From positions 2,752,001 through 2,816,000 of the forward strand of contig CBDEFM010000002.1 of assembly GCA_965237415.1 (NCBI GenBank): a DNA stretch of 64,000 nt. The letters are read 5' to 3'. The position numbers and the translations under genes were made by a program. Positions 32,320 through 42,412 of the stretch are shown here, in pieces (the stretch's first letter is position 1; every line of letters starts with the position of its first letter). The notes under the pieces are model-generated. The model ran no database searches and had not been told where the DNA came from. It was given only the letters and a program-made list of their open reading frames with translations. This stretch comes from Alphaproteobacteria bacterium. GTDB lineage: Bacteria; Pseudomonadota; Alphaproteobacteria; UBA828.

Positions 32320-32385
32320 CCATTTTTCGCTCACGGCGGCCGGTAATCCTTCGATTCCGCGCGCCTGCCGGCGCGACCGGCCGAT

Positions 32386-33684
32386 TCAGGCCCGGTCGAT
32401 GAGGTGGATGAAGGAGCCCGAGACCATGCCGGCGGTCATGCCGGCGTCGCCGAGCGGCGCGCCGGTTGCGTCGCAGGTCGCGAACAGCGGCCGCCCGGCA
32501 TCCTCCGCCACCACGCGACAATAGTGGAACTCGTGGCCGCAATAGGCCGTCCCCGCCCTGCCAAGGGGGCCGTCCGCCGTGAGGCGCGCCTGCCGGTAGC
32601 CGAGCGCGAGCCGGCGCTCCTGAAAGCTGGTCTCGAGCGGCAGCAGCCCGGCCATGGCGTGGCGGTGGCCGTCGGCGTCGATCAGACCCCGGCCCAGCAC
32701 CATGTAGCCGCCGCACTCGCCGAAGAGGACGGCACCGCGCCCGGCTGCATCCCGCAGCCCGTCGAGAAAGCATGCGGCGCCGGCGATGCGGCCTGCGTGG
32801 AGTTCGGGGTAGCCGCCCGGCAGGTAGACCGCGTCGGCGCCTGCATCGGGCGCCTCGTCCGCAAGCGGCGAGAACGGCACCACCGTCGCACCTGCGTTCC
32901 GCCAATCCTCCATCAGCGCGTCGTAGCAGAAGCCGAAAGCCTCATCCCGCGCCACCGCGATCCTCTGCCCGAGTGGAGGGATCGCCGCGCCCGGCACCGC
33001 CGGTCCCGCTTGCAGAGGGCTGGCGAGGGAAGCAAGGGCCTCCGTATCGACCGATCGCGCCACGACCGCCGCGGCGTCCTCCACCCACGGCCCGTCTCTT
33101 TCGCAGGCCTGCACGAGGCCGAGATGGCGAGACGGCAGGCTCAGCGCGTCCGAGCGCGGCACGGCACCGAGAACCGCGATGGATCGCGCGTCGAGGGCAT
33201 TGCGGAGCAGCCGTTCGTGCGCCGCGCCCGCCACCCGGTTGAGGATGACGCCCGCGACCGCCACGTCCTGGCGGTGATTGACGAAGCCTTCGGCAAGCGC
33301 CGCCACCGAGGCGCCCTGGCCCCGCGCGTCCACCACCAGCACCACGAGCGACCCCAGCTGGGCCGCGAGGTCGGCGGTGGACCCGGTGCCGTCGCGGGCG
33401 CCATCGAAGAGGCCCATCGCACCCTCGCCGATGACGAGGTCCGCGTCCGCGCAGAGCACCGCCACCCGGCGCGCAAGCGTCTCGGGCCGCATCCCCCAGG
33501 GGTCGAGATTGACGCAGTCGTGGCCGCTGGCCATGCGGTGATAGCCGGGGTCGATGTAATCGGGCCCCGCCTTGAAGGCCCGCACAGCACGACCGCCCTT
33601 ACGGAAATGCGCCAGAAGGCCGGCGCACAGCACGGTCTTGCCGCTGCCGGACGCCGGTGCGGCGAGGATGATGGCGGAGGCCAA
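32386..33684 (-). CDS. cobB: Cobyrinate/hydrogenobyrinate a,c-diamide synthase
   Basis: SGSGKT, KAGPDYIDP, EGAMGLFDG, LPSRHLGL, GGYPE, ECGGYM, GHEFHY; TTG start. Confidence 0.95.
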   Translation of the reverse strand: MASAIILAAPASGSGKTVLCAGLLAHFRKGGRAVRAFKAGPDYIDPGYHRMASGHDCVNLDPWGMRPETLARRVAVLCADADLVIGEGAMGLFDGARDGTGSTADLAAQLGSLVVLVVDARGQGASVAALAEGFVNHRQDVAVAGVILNRVAGAAHERLLRNALDARSIAVLGAVPRSDALSLPSRHLGLVQACERDGPWVEDAAAVVARSVDTEALASLASPLQAGPAVPGAAIPPLGQRIAVARDEAFGFCYDALMEDWRNAGATVVPFSPLADEAPDAGADAVYLPGGYPELHAGRIAGAACFLDGLRDAAGRGAVLFGECGGYMVLGRGLIDADGHRHAMAGLLPLETSFQERRLALGYRQARLTADGPLGRAGTAYCGHEFHYCRVVAEDAGRPLFATCDATGAPLGDAGMTAGMVSGSFIHLIDRA

Positions 33685-33690
33685 AGCGGG

Positions 33691-34392
33691 TCAGCCCGTC
33701 AGCTGCCGCTCGATTTCGATGGCGAGCTTGGTCGGCCCCTGCCTCGGCTCGTAATACTGGATGAACTTGCCGTCCGGCCCCATGAGGTAGAAGAACGACG
33801 CGTGGTCCACGAGGTAGTCGGTGTCATCCGGCCCTTCCGCATGGGAGCGCCGGTAGATGCCGAAGGACTCGAGCGCCTGGCCGATCTCCTCCTCCGAACC
33901 GGTCAGGCCGACCAGCCCCGGAACGAGCGCCGAGACATAGGCGGCGAGCTTTTCCACCGTGTCGCGCTGCGGATCGACGGTGATGAAGAGCGGCTTGACG
34001 GTCGTCCCCTGCGCGTCCAGGTCCTCGATCACCTGCGACATGGTTAGTATGGCGCTCGGGCAGACGTCGGGGCACCACGTGAAGCCGAAATAGATCAGCG
34101 TGTGGGCGCCGTGGAAGTCCTGGTTGGTGCGGGGTGCGCCGGTGTGGTCGATCAGCGCGAATTCGCCGGTAATTTCCTCCGGCGTCAGCGTCATGCGGGA
34201 GACGTGGCTCTGGTCGAAATTGCCGAACAGCGAGCCGTCGTACTGCGAATAGATGAGGATCGCGCCGATAATCAGGATCCAGAGCAACGGGTTGTTGCGC
34301 CGCAGGGCGGGCCTCTGGCCGCCACTTCCGGGCTGCTGACCGCCGCCGCCAGACGGCGGACCCATGCCGAATTTGCCGAGTTCCTTCCACAT
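33691..34392 (-). CDS. SCO1/SenC family protein
   Basis: N-terminal TM helix; YFGFTWCPDVCP, FITVDP.RD, YLVDH. Confidence 0.92.
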   Translation of the reverse strand: MWKELGKFGMGPPSGGGGQQPGSGGQRPALRRNNPLLWILIIGAILIYSQYDGSLFGNFDQSHVSRMTLTPEEITGEFALIDHTGAPRTNQDFHGAHTLIYFGFTWCPDVCPSAILTMSQVIEDLDAQGTTVKPLFITVDPQRDTVEKLAAYVSALVPGLVGLTGSEEEIGQALESFGIYRRSHAEGPDDTDYLVDHASFFYLMGPDGKFIQYYEPRQGPTKLAIEIERQLTG

Positions 34393-34484
34393 GAGCGGGC
34401 TACGTGCGGTCGGCGTTCCCCCAAAGTGACAGACTATCCCCGGAACGGGCCACGCGGCAAGGAATCGGGTCTCTTCGCACTGTG

Positions 34485-35339
34485 TCAGCCCGCCGCGCGG
34501 CGCCAGTGCTGGGCGAGGGCCTGGGCCGCCTCGGCCCGCGCCTCGACTGATGCGGCCGGATCGAGCGCTCGCCTGAGCCGCACCACGTCGCCCACGACCA
34601 CGAGGCAGGGCGCCTCGATGCCCGCACGCTCCGCCGCCGCCGCCGCCTCGGCGAGCGGGGCCTCGACCACGCGCTCGGCCCCGGTCGTGGCGTGGCTGAT
34701 GAGCGCCACCGGCGTGTCGCCCGAGAGGCCATGGTGGGTCAGACGCTCGGCGATGACATCCAGCTGACGGAGCGCCATGTAGAAGATCAGCACCGGCGCG
34801 CCTTGGGCGATGGCCTGCCAGTCGAGCCCGTCCGGCACGCCACCCGCCGCATCGTGGCCGGTGAGCAGCGTCACCGCCGAGTTGGTCGTGCGATGCGTCA
34901 TGGGGATGCCGGCCGCAGCCAGGCCGCCGGCGGCAGCGGTGACTCCCGGCACGAGGCGGAAGGGGATGCGGGCTGCGGCGAGCGCAAGCGCCTCCTCGCC
35001 GCCGCGGCCGAAGACGAAAGGATCGCCCCCCTTGAGGCGCAGCACGCGAAGCCCCTGCCGGGCGAGCCGTATCAGGCGCCCGCAGATATCGGGCTGGTGC
35101 GCGGACGGCTTGCCGCCCCGCTTGCCGGCATATTCGAGCGCAGCACCCGGCCGGGCGAGCGTCAGGATTTCCGGCGAGACCAGGGCGTCGTAGACGACGC
35201 AGTCGGCCTGGCTGAGCGCATTCGCCGCGTGGAGCGTGAGCAGCCCCGGATCGCCCGGTCCTGCGCCTACGAGCCAAACCGATCCGGGCTCGATCGCGGG
35301 CAGGGCTGGCAAGCGGGGGGGCTGCGAAGCGTCGTCCAT
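34485..35339 (-). CDS. cobA: Uroporphyrinogen-III C-methyltransferase
   Basis: LVGAGPGDPGLLT, RLKGGDPFVFGRGGEE, PGVTA. Confidence 0.95.
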   Translation of the reverse strand: MDDASQPPRLPALPAIEPGSVWLVGAGPGDPGLLTLHAANALSQADCVVYDALVSPEILTLARPGAALEYAGKRGGKPSAHQPDICGRLIRLARQGLRVLRLKGGDPFVFGRGGEEALALAAARIPFRLVPGVTAAAGGLAAAGIPMTHRTTNSAVTLLTGHDAAGGVPDGLDWQAIAQGAPVLIFYMALRQLDVIAERLTHHGLSGDTPVALISHATTGAERVVEAPLAEAAAAAERAGIEAPCLVVVGDVVRLRRALDPAASVEARAEAAQALAQHWRRAAG

Positions 35340-35386
35340 CGCCGCACTCTACACCGGTAGGCGCCCGGTGCGGTATAAGCGGCGGG

Positions 35387-36487
35387 ATGACGGCACGCTC
35401 AGGGAGAGCCGGCGAGCTTAGGCGGGGCTGGACCACCGGCGCCTGCGCCGCGGCTGCGACGCGGGCCGCCTACACCGCGCTGGTCACCGGGCGCTTCCCC
35501 GATCCGGTCTCGGTCACGCTGCCGGGTGGCGAGACGCCCTCCTTCCCGCTGGTTCTCGCCGAGCGCGACCGGAGCCACGGGCGTGCTGCCGTGCGCAAGG
35601 ATGCCGGCGACGACCCCGACGTGACCCACGGCGCACTGGTCGAATCCTGGGTGAGGCCCGCGCCGCCGGGGGCCGGCATCGTGTTCCGGGCGGGCGAGGG
35701 GGTCGGCATCGTGACCCGGCCCGGCCTCAGCCTCCCCGTGGGCGAGCCCGCGATCAACCCGGCGCCGCGCAAGATGATCGCGGCAATGCTGAACGAGCTT
35801 GCGCCCGCACTCGGCGGGCCCGCCGATGTTTCCGTCACCATCGGCATTCCGGACGGCCGCCGCCTCGCGCAGCACACGATGAACGGCCGCCTCGGCATCG
35901 TCGGCGGCCTTTCGGTGCTGGGCACGTCGGGCATCGTGAAGCCCTATTCCTGCGCCGCGTGGATCGCCTCGATCCGCCAGGGGATCGATGTGGCTGCCGC
36001 GACCGGCGCCACCCACCTCGCGGCGGCGACGGGCCGGGTCTCCGAGGAGGCGGCGCGGGCGCTTTACGGCCTCGACGAGGGCGTTCTGATCGACATGGGC
36101 GATTTCGCCGGCGCCACCCTGAAGCTGATCCGGCGCAAGCCGGTGCCGCGGCTCACCATCGCCGGCGGCTTCGGCAAGATCAGCAAGCTCGCCGACGGCC
36201 ACATGGACCTTCATTCTGCGCGCAGCAGCGTCGACCGCGCGGGGCTGATCCGCCGCCTCGCCGCCCTCGGCGCTCCGGACGCGACGTTGGCCGAGGCACG
36301 GACCGCCGGATCGGCAGCCGCGATCCTCGAGATTGCGACCGAGGCCGGACTTCCCCTCGCCGACGCGATCGCCGCGGAGGCCCGTGCGGTGGCCGATACC
36401 GCGCTCGCCGGCGCCCGGCTTCAGCCCCAAGTGGACGTGCTCATCGTCGATCGCACAGGCTGCATCGTTGGTCGCGCCGGCCCCTGA
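35387..36487 (+). CDS. cbiD: Cobalt-precorrin-5B C1-methyltransferase
   Basis: LRRGWTTGACA, KDAGDDPDVTHG, PAINP.PR.MI, N.RLGI.GGLS.LGT.GIV.PYS. Confidence 0.96.
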   Translation: MTARSGRAGELRRGWTTGACAAAATRAAYTALVTGRFPDPVSVTLPGGETPSFPLVLAERDRSHGRAAVRKDAGDDPDVTHGALVESWVRPAPPGAGIVFRAGEGVGIVTRPGLSLPVGEPAINPAPRKMIAAMLNELAPALGGPADVSVTIGIPDGRRLAQHTMNGRLGIVGGLSVLGTSGIVKPYSCAAWIASIRQGIDVAAATGATHLAAATGRVSEEAARALYGLDEGVLIDMGDFAGATLKLIRRKPVPRLTIAGGFGKISKLADGHMDLHSARSSVDRAGLIRRLAALGAPDATLAEARTAGSAAAILEIATEAGLPLADAIAAEARAVADTALAGARLQPQVDVLIVDRTGCIVGRAGP

Positions 36488-37244
36488 GCGGCCACCGCGG
36501 CTGCTGATCCTGGGCGGCACGGCCGAGGGCCGTGCGCTTGCGGCGGCGGCCGAGGCGCGCTTCGGCCCCACTCTCACGGTGATTTCGGCGCTCGCCGGCC
36601 GCACCCGCGCGCCGCTCTTGCCCGCCGGCACTGTCCGCATCGGCGGCTTCGGTGGGGCCGAGGGCTTGGCGTCCTATCTCAGGGAAGAGCGGATCGGCCT
36701 CCTGATCGATGCGACCCATCCGTTTGCCACGCGGATCTCGGCCCAGGCGCGCGACGCGGCGAGAGAGGCCGGTGCCGCGCAGCTCGTGATCGTACGCCCG
36801 CCCTGGCGTCCGCTGCCCGGCGATCGCTGGATCGACGTCGCCACGGTGGAGGAGGCCGCGGCGGCGATCCCGGCCGAGGCCCAGCGCGTGTTCCTCACCG
36901 TCGGCGTCCGCTCGCTCGCGCCCTTCGCCGGGCGCCCGGACCTCTGGTTTCTGGTGCGGCTGGTGGACGAGCCGGCTGAGCCGATTCCTCTTGCCCGCCA
37001 CCAACTGATTTGCGCCCGCGGGCCTTTCGCGGAGGCGGACGAGCGCGCGCTGCTTGAGGCCCACAGCATCGATTGTTTGGTCACCCGCGCGAGCGGCGGC
37101 GAGGCGACCGTGGCAAAGCTCGCGGCGGCGCGGGCGCTCGGGTTGCCGGTGGTGATGGTGCGCCGCCCGCCGCCGCCGCCCGGCCTGTGCGCGTCCTCGA
37201 TCGAGGACGCCCTCGCCTGGATCGCGCAGCAGCTGGGTCCGTGA
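36468..37244 (+). CDS. cobK: (Cobalt-)precorrin-6A reductase
   Basis: LILGGT.E, GGFGG..GL, IDATHPFA, RGPF, SGG...KL.AA; TTG start inferred. Confidence 0.93.
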   Translation: MVAPAPERPPRLLILGGTAEGRALAAAAEARFGPTLTVISALAGRTRAPLLPAGTVRIGGFGGAEGLASYLREERIGLLIDATHPFATRISAQARDAAREAGAAQLVIVRPPWRPLPGDRWIDVATVEEAAAAIPAEAQRVFLTVGVRSLAPFAGRPDLWFLVRLVDEPAEPIPLARHQLICARGPFAEADERALLEAHSIDCLVTRASGGEATVAKLAAARALGLPVVMVRRPPPPPGLCASSIEDALAWIAQQLGP

Positions 37245-37259
37245 CTGGCGGTGCCTGGC

Positions 37260-38024
37260 TTACGCCTTGCGCCGCGGGCGCAGCACGTGGTGATGCGTTG
37301 GGTCGTAGAGGTGGCTCTCGTCGAAGTCGGATGCGTCGAGCGCCCGACCGACGAGGATCAGCGCCGTTCGCGTGAGCCCCAAGGCCTTCACCTTGTCCCT
37401 GATGGTGCTGAGGGTGCCGCGCACGATCCGCTCGTCGGGCCAGCTCACGCGGTAGGCGACGACCGCGGGGCAGTCCGCCCCGCGGTGCGGGATCAGCGTG
37501 CGCGTCACCTTCGCGAGGTTGTTGATCGAGAGATGGATGGCGAGCGTGCCGCCGGCGGCGGCGAGGTGCTCCAGCCGCTCGTCGTCGGGCATGGATGAGG
37601 CGCGCACGGCGGTCCGCGTCAGGATGACGGTCTGCGCGACACCGGGGAGCGTCAGTTCCTGTTTGAGCGCCGCCGCCGCTGCCGCATAGGCGGGCACGCC
37701 GGGAGTCACGTCGTAAGGGATGCCGAGGCGGTCGAGGCGGCGCATCTGCTCGGCGATGGCGCCATAGAGGGAGGGATCGCCGGAATGCAGCCGCGCGACC
37801 TCGTGGCCCTCGGTTGCCGCCTGCTCCATCTCCGCCATGATCGCATCGAGATCGAGCGGGGCGGTATCGACGATGCGCGCACCCGCCGGGGCTTCCGCGA
37901 GGATCATCGGCGGCACCAGCGAGCCCGCATAGAGCACGACGGGGCAGCGCCGCAGCAGGGTGAGCCCCCGCACGGTGATCAGGTCCGCAGCGCCGGGGCC
38001 GGCGCCGATGAAGTGGACCGTCAC
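37260..38024 (-). CDS. cobM: Precorrin-4 C11-methyltransferase
   Basis: [41 protein letters not shown]. Confidence 0.96.
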   Translation of the reverse strand: MTVHFIGAGPGAADLITVRGLTLLRRCPVVLYAGSLVPPMILAEAPAGARIVDTAPLDLDAIMAEMEQAATEGHEVARLHSGDPSLYGAIAEQMRRLDRLGIPYDVTPGVPAYAAAAAALKQELTLPGVAQTVILTRTAVRASSMPDDERLEHLAAAGGTLAIHLSINNLAKVTRTLIPHRGADCPAVVAYRVSWPDERIVRGTLSTIRDKVKALGLTRTALILVGRALDASDFDESHLYDPTHHHVLRPRRKA

Positions 38025-39856
38025 GCGCTCTTCGTCGCGCAAGGCTTCGCCACCTCGCCGGGCGCATAGCCGCGTGGCGTGTAGAGCCACGCCCGGCCGC
38101 CGCGCTCCAGCCGCCGGGTCTGGCTGCTGCCGATGACGATGACGGTGAGCATGTCGACAGCCTCTGCATCGAAACCGGCGAGGGTGGTGACGTCGACGCG
38201 CTCGCCCTCCCGCCCGAGATTGCGGGCGACGACCACGGGGCAGTCGAGCCGCCGGTGGGTGGCGAGGATATTCCGCGCCTCTGCGAGCCGGCTGCGGCGC
38301 TGCCTTGACGCGGGGTTGTAGAGCGCGACCACGAAGTCGGCCTCGGCGGCGGCCCGGAGCCTCCGCGCGATCACGGGCCAGGGCGTCAGCAGGTCGGAAA
38401 GCGAGATGGCACAGAAGTCGTGGCCGATGGGCGCGCCGGCGCGGGCGGCGGCGGCCTGGAGCGCGCTGACGCCGGGCTCCACGGCAAGCTCGATGCCGCG
38501 CCAGCTCTGGTTGCCGGCCTCGCCGTCCAACAGCTCGAAGAGCAGCGAGGCCATGCCATAGACGCCGGCATCGCCCGATGACACCAGGGCGACGCGGCGC
38601 CCTTCTGCCGCGAGCGCGAGCGCGGCGCGGGCGCGCTCCTCCTCCGCGCCGATGGGGTAGGCGTGGCGCTCGCAGCCCGGCGGGGGCGGCCCCAGCAGGT
38701 CGAGATAGCGGCCGTAGCCGACGAGGTCGGTGGCGCCCGCGATGGCGGCGTCGGCGCCCTGCGTCCGCCATGCCTGAGCGCCGGGGCCGATTCCCACCAC
38801 CGTGACGCGCCCGCGCCCGCGGCCGCAGCGCTCCGGATCGATGATCGCGGCCGCCCTCGCGATGGCACACGTGCCCCGTTCGCTCCTTGCCTTGGGCATG
38901 GCGAGCGTGCCCTCAGCGCCTGCGCAGGCGAGCGCGGCGGCCTCCGCCACGCCGTGGCAGCCGACGGCGCGGAACACGACCTCCGACGGCGCCGTGAGCC
39001 TCGGGGTCTCCCGTTCCAGGGTCGCGGCATCGAAGAGGCGGAGCGGCACGCCCAGCCACGCCGCGACGGCGTTCACCGCCGGCTCGTCTGCCTTCAGGTC
39101 GAGCGAAGCGACGCAGGCGACCGCCTCGGGCGCAAGCCCCCCCGCCACAAGTACGCGCTTGGCCAGGAGGATGAGCTCATTCGGCGCGCAGCCCCGCTCG
39201 CAGCCGAGGCCGAGGGCCAAGACGGCGGGATGCAGCGTGACATCGGCCACATCGTCGCCCGGCACCACGCTCCGGTCTGTGATGCGGAGGGTGAGGCGGC
39301 CCCAGTCCCCGAACGGCGCGCCGCCTGCCGTCAGCCAGTCGGCCGAGGCGGCCTCGGTCACGAGGCGCACCGGCTCGCCCGCGAGCAGCGCGGCGGTGAC
39401 TTCCTTCACCAGGGCACCCTCGCCGAGGCGCCAGCCGGGGGGCGGCGCGTCTAGGGCGAAACCCAGTGCCGTATCGCCTGCAGTGGTGATCGCAGCGCGG
39501 GCGCCGAGGGCCACCGCGATGGTACGGCTGAGCCGGTTCGCGCCGTGATGGCCGCCCAGCAGGGGTACGACGCTCTGGCCGTTCTCCGACACCGCGATCA
39601 CCGGCGGCTCGGCGCTCTTATCCGCGAGATGCGGCGCGAGGAGGCGAATGAGAATGCCGGCGGCGCAGATGCCGACGATCGGCGTTCCTGCGCGGAAGAG
39701 GGCGGGGAGATGGGATGCGAGGCGCTCGTAAGTGACATCGGCGGCGCCGTCGAGGGACGCAGGGCCGTGGATCGCCGCGCCGGGCAGCGCCGCCTTGATG
39801 CGCCGCGCAAGCGCCACCTGGCGCCGGTCCAGGATCACCACCGCGGCCCCGCTCAT
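38021..39856 (-). CDS. cobJ: CbiG-CobJ fusion (cobalt-precorrin-5A hydrolase / precorrin-3B C17-methyltransferase)
   Basis: CbiG: [28 protein letters not shown]. CobJ: GIGPG, SSGDAG.YGM, DFC.ISLSD, YNP.S.R, YTPRGY. Confidence 0.93.
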   Translation of the reverse strand: MSGAAVVILDRRQVALARRIKAALPGAAIHGPASLDGAADVTYERLASHLPALFRAGTPIVGICAAGILIRLLAPHLADKSAEPPVIAVSENGQSVVPLLGGHHGANRLSRTIAVALGARAAITTAGDTALGFALDAPPPGWRLGEGALVKEVTAALLAGEPVRLVTEAASADWLTAGGAPFGDWGRLTLRITDRSVVPGDDVADVTLHPAVLALGLGCERGCAPNELILLAKRVLVAGGLAPEAVACVASLDLKADEPAVNAVAAWLGVPLRLFDAATLERETPRLTAPSEVVFRAVGCHGVAEAAALACAGAEGTLAMPKARSERGTCAIARAAAIIDPERCGRGRGRVTVVGIGPGAQAWRTQGADAAIAGATDLVGYGRYLDLLGPPPPGCERHAYPIGAEEERARAALALAAEGRRVALVSSGDAGVYGMASLLFELLDGEAGNQSWRGIELAVEPGVSALQAAAARAGAPIGHDFCAISLSDLLTPWPVIARRLRAAAEADFVVALYNPASRQRRSRLAEARNILATHRRLDCPVVVARNLGREGERVDVTTLAGFDAEAVDMLTVIVIGSSQTRRLERGGRAWLYTPRGYAPGEVAKPCATKSA

Positions 39857-40554
39857 CGCCACGCCGCGCCTCGCTTGTGGACGATGATCATGGAGAAGTA
39901 GGGCGCCGGCGGCTCGACCGCGGCCAGCGGCAAAATCCGCTCTGCCGCCATGGAGGCGCGCTCGACATAGTGCGCGCGCTCCAGAAGGCCCAGCCCCTCT
40001 ACCACGCGGCGTACCTTCTCCAGATGACGGCCCACCTTGACGATCGCAGCCGCATCGCAGTTGGCGAGCTGAGCGGTGAGCCGCTGGGCATCGAGCGGAG
40101 CCGGGATCACCGCGAGCACGTCGTTGCGGGCGGCCAGCGGCAGGCCGAGCGCTGCGGCGCAGGCCATGGGCGAGGAGACGCCAGGGATCACCTCCACCCG
40201 GTGGCGCGCCGCCAGACGCTCGAAGAGATAGAGGAAGGACCCGTAGACGAAGGGGTCGCCCTCGCAGAGCACCGCCACGTTGCGCCCCTCGTCGAGCCGC
40301 GCGCCGAGCGCCGCCGCCGCGTCGTCATAGACCTCCGCCGCCGGGAAGCGGCTGGGCTCCAGCGGCATGCGGATTGCGATCTCCTCCTGCCCGCCGGGGA
40401 GATGGGGCGCGGCGATGCTGCGGGCGAGGCTCTCGCCCTCCGGCGGCGCGGGATAGGCGACCACCTGAGCGCCGCGGAGCGCCTTCAGCGCCTTGAGCGT
40501 GATGAGTTCGGGGTCGCCGGGGCCGACGCCGATGCCGCTGAGCAGGCCTGTCAT
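39853..40554 (-). CDS. cobI: Precorrin-2 C20-methyltransferase
   Basis: GIGVGPGDPELIT.KA, LCEGDP..YGS, PYFS. Confidence 0.95.
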   Translation of the reverse strand: MTGLLSGIGVGPGDPELITLKALKALRGAQVVAYPAPPEGESLARSIAAPHLPGGQEEIAIRMPLEPSRFPAAEVYDDAAAALGARLDEGRNVAVLCEGDPFVYGSFLYLFERLAARHRVEVIPGVSSPMACAAALGLPLAARNDVLAVIPAPLDAQRLTAQLANCDAAAIVKVGRHLEKVRRVVEGLGLLERAHYVERASMAAERILPLAAVEPPAPYFSMIIVHKRGAAWR

Positions 40555-41759
40555 TCTGTCTTGACGAGCGTGAGTTGGGTCACCGGCATCAGCGGGCGCC
40601 AGGCGAGGTGGCGGCCCACGGGCCTCGCGCGGGAGACCGAGAGGCGTGTCATGGTGCCCGCGCGGCGGGCGCACCAGTCTGCGAGGATCGCCTCGCCGGC
40701 CACGGTGACGGCGTTGGCCACCAGCACACCGCCCGGCGTGAGCCTCGCCCAGCAGGTCTCGATCAGGCCGGGGAGCGAGAGCCCGCCGCCGATGAAGACC
40801 GCGTCCGGCACCGGCAAGAGCTCCAGCGCCTCCGGCGCCGCGCCCTGCTGGACCTTGAGGCGCGGCACGCCGAGGGCCGCGGCGTTGCGGGCGATCCGGG
40901 CGCAACGGTCCGCATCGCGCTCGACGGCGATGGCGTTGGCCGTGCGTTCGCTCAAGAGCCACTCGATCGCCACCGAGCCCGAGCCCGCGCCCACGTCCCA
41001 GAGCAGGGCGCCCGGCCGCGGGTCGAGCGCGCTCACGGTCTGCACCCGGATTTCACGCTTGGTCAGCTGCCCGTCGTTCTCGAACGCACGGTCCGGCAGG
41101 CCGGGCGCGCCGCGAAAGCGCCTCACGCGGCCCTCCGCGCGGCATTCGATGGCGATGGTGTTGAGGTCCGGCACCGTCGGTTCGCGCCAACGGTCGGCGC
41201 GCTCACTCACGCAGGCCTCGTCGCTGCCGCCCATGTGGGCGAAGACGGTGAGCGAGCTCGCGCCGTAGCCCACCTCGGTCAGCTGTGCCGCGACCGCCGC
41301 CGGCGTCGCGCCGTCGTGGGAGAGGACCAGCAGGCGCTGGCCGGGCGCGAGGAAGGCGCGGATGGTCTCCAGGGGGCGTCCGTGCAGCGTCACGCCCACC
41401 ACCTCGTCCGTGCTCCAGCCGAGCCGGGCGCGCGCGAGGCTGAAGGCGGATGGCGCCGGGATCGTCACCATCTCCTCGTCGGGGAAGGCGCGCCGGAGCA
41501 TCGTGCCGATCCCGAAGCAGAAGGGATCGCCGGTGGCGAGCACGACGACGCGCTGGCCCTGCACGGCGCGGATATCGTCCATGGTCTCCGCCAGCGGGCG
41601 GCGCCACGTCATGCGGCGGGCATCGCCATCCGGGATCATCGCGAGATGGCGCTCGCCGCCGACCAGCACCTCCGCCTGCTCGATCAGCACCCGGGCCGCG
41701 GGCGCGAGCGCGTCCGGCCCGTCCTCGCCGAGGCCGATGACGGTGAGCCAGCCGCTCAT
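40551..41759 (-). CDS. cobL: Precorrin-6Y C5,15-methyltransferase (CbiE-CbiT)
   Basis: WLTVIG.GEDG, LATGDP, GQLTKRE.R, WDVGAGSGS, DAVFIGGG. Confidence 0.95.
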   Translation of the reverse strand: MSGWLTVIGLGEDGPDALAPAARVLIEQAEVLVGGERHLAMIPDGDARRMTWRRPLAETMDDIRAVQGQRVVVLATGDPFCFGIGTMLRRAFPDEEMVTIPAPSAFSLARARLGWSTDEVVGVTLHGRPLETIRAFLAPGQRLLVLSHDGATPAAVAAQLTEVGYGASSLTVFAHMGGSDEACVSERADRWREPTVPDLNTIAIECRAEGRVRRFRGAPGLPDRAFENDGQLTKREIRVQTVSALDPRPGALLWDVGAGSGSVAIEWLLSERTANAIAVERDADRCARIARNAAALGVPRLKVQQGAAPEALELLPVPDAVFIGGGLSLPGLIETCWARLTPGGVLVANAVTVAGEAILADWCARRAGTMTRLSVSRARPVGRHLAWRPLMPVTQLTLVKTE

Positions 41760-42412
41760 GGGTGGCCCTCGCGATCCGGGGGCGAGGCCAGCGCGTTCAC
41801 CGCCGCTGCGGCGACTGCGCTGCCGCCCCGCCGGCCCGACAGGGTGAGGAAGGGCACGCCGTGACCCCCGCTCGCGAGCGCGGCCTTGGCCTCGCTGGCG
41901 CCGACGAAGCCGGGGGGTGTCGCGACGATCGCCGCAGGCCGGGGCGCGCCGTCTGCCAGCAGCTCCAGCAGGCGAAAGAGCGCGGTGGGCGCGTTGCCGA
42001 TCACGCAAACCGCCCCCGCAAGCTGCGGCCGCCAAAGGTCTACCGCCGCCGCCGAGCGCGTGGTCTGGGCGGATGCCGCGCGCTCGGCAAGGCCCGGCGC
42101 GGCGAGCGTGCAGATCACTGCGTTGCCCGCCGCGAGCCTCTGGCGGGAGATGCCGGAGGCCACCATCTGGCAATCGGCGAGGATGGGGGCGCCTGCGGCG
42201 AGCGCAGCGCGCGCCGTCTCCGCCAAGTCCGCCGACCACGCCAGGTCCTCGACCAGATCGGTCATGCCGGAGGCGTGCACCATGCGGTAGGCGACATCCA
42301 CCAGGCCAGCCGGCAGGGCGCTCACGTCGGTCTCCCGCCGGATGATGGCGAAAGAGCGCCGCGTGATCCCCTCCGGGTCGCGCAGATAATCAGCCGCGGT
42401 GGTGGCCGCCAT
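41756..42412 (-). CDS. cobH: Precorrin-8X methylmutase
   Basis: I..RSFAII, TRSAAA, IGNAPTAL, P.GFVGA.EAK, GRRGGS..AAA.VNAL. Confidence 0.95.
   Translation of the reverse strand: MAATTAADYLRDPEGITRRSFAIIRRETDVSALPAGLVDVAYRMVHASGMTDLVEDLAWSADLAETARAALAAGAPILADCQMVASGISRQRLAAGNAVICTLAAPGLAERAASAQTTRSAAAVDLWRPQLAGAVCVIGNAPTALFRLLELLADGAPRPAAIVATPPGFVGASEAKAALASGGHGVPFLTLSGRRGGSAVAAAAVNALASPPDREGHP

Noticed and set aside
33691-35436. 581-aa SCO fusion; likewise the long 5' extensions of cobM, cobL, gyrB, glnT and ppk in the ORF track
   Set aside because: The extensions are Arg/Pro/Gly-rich off-frame readings of upstream genes; the true starts are internal.
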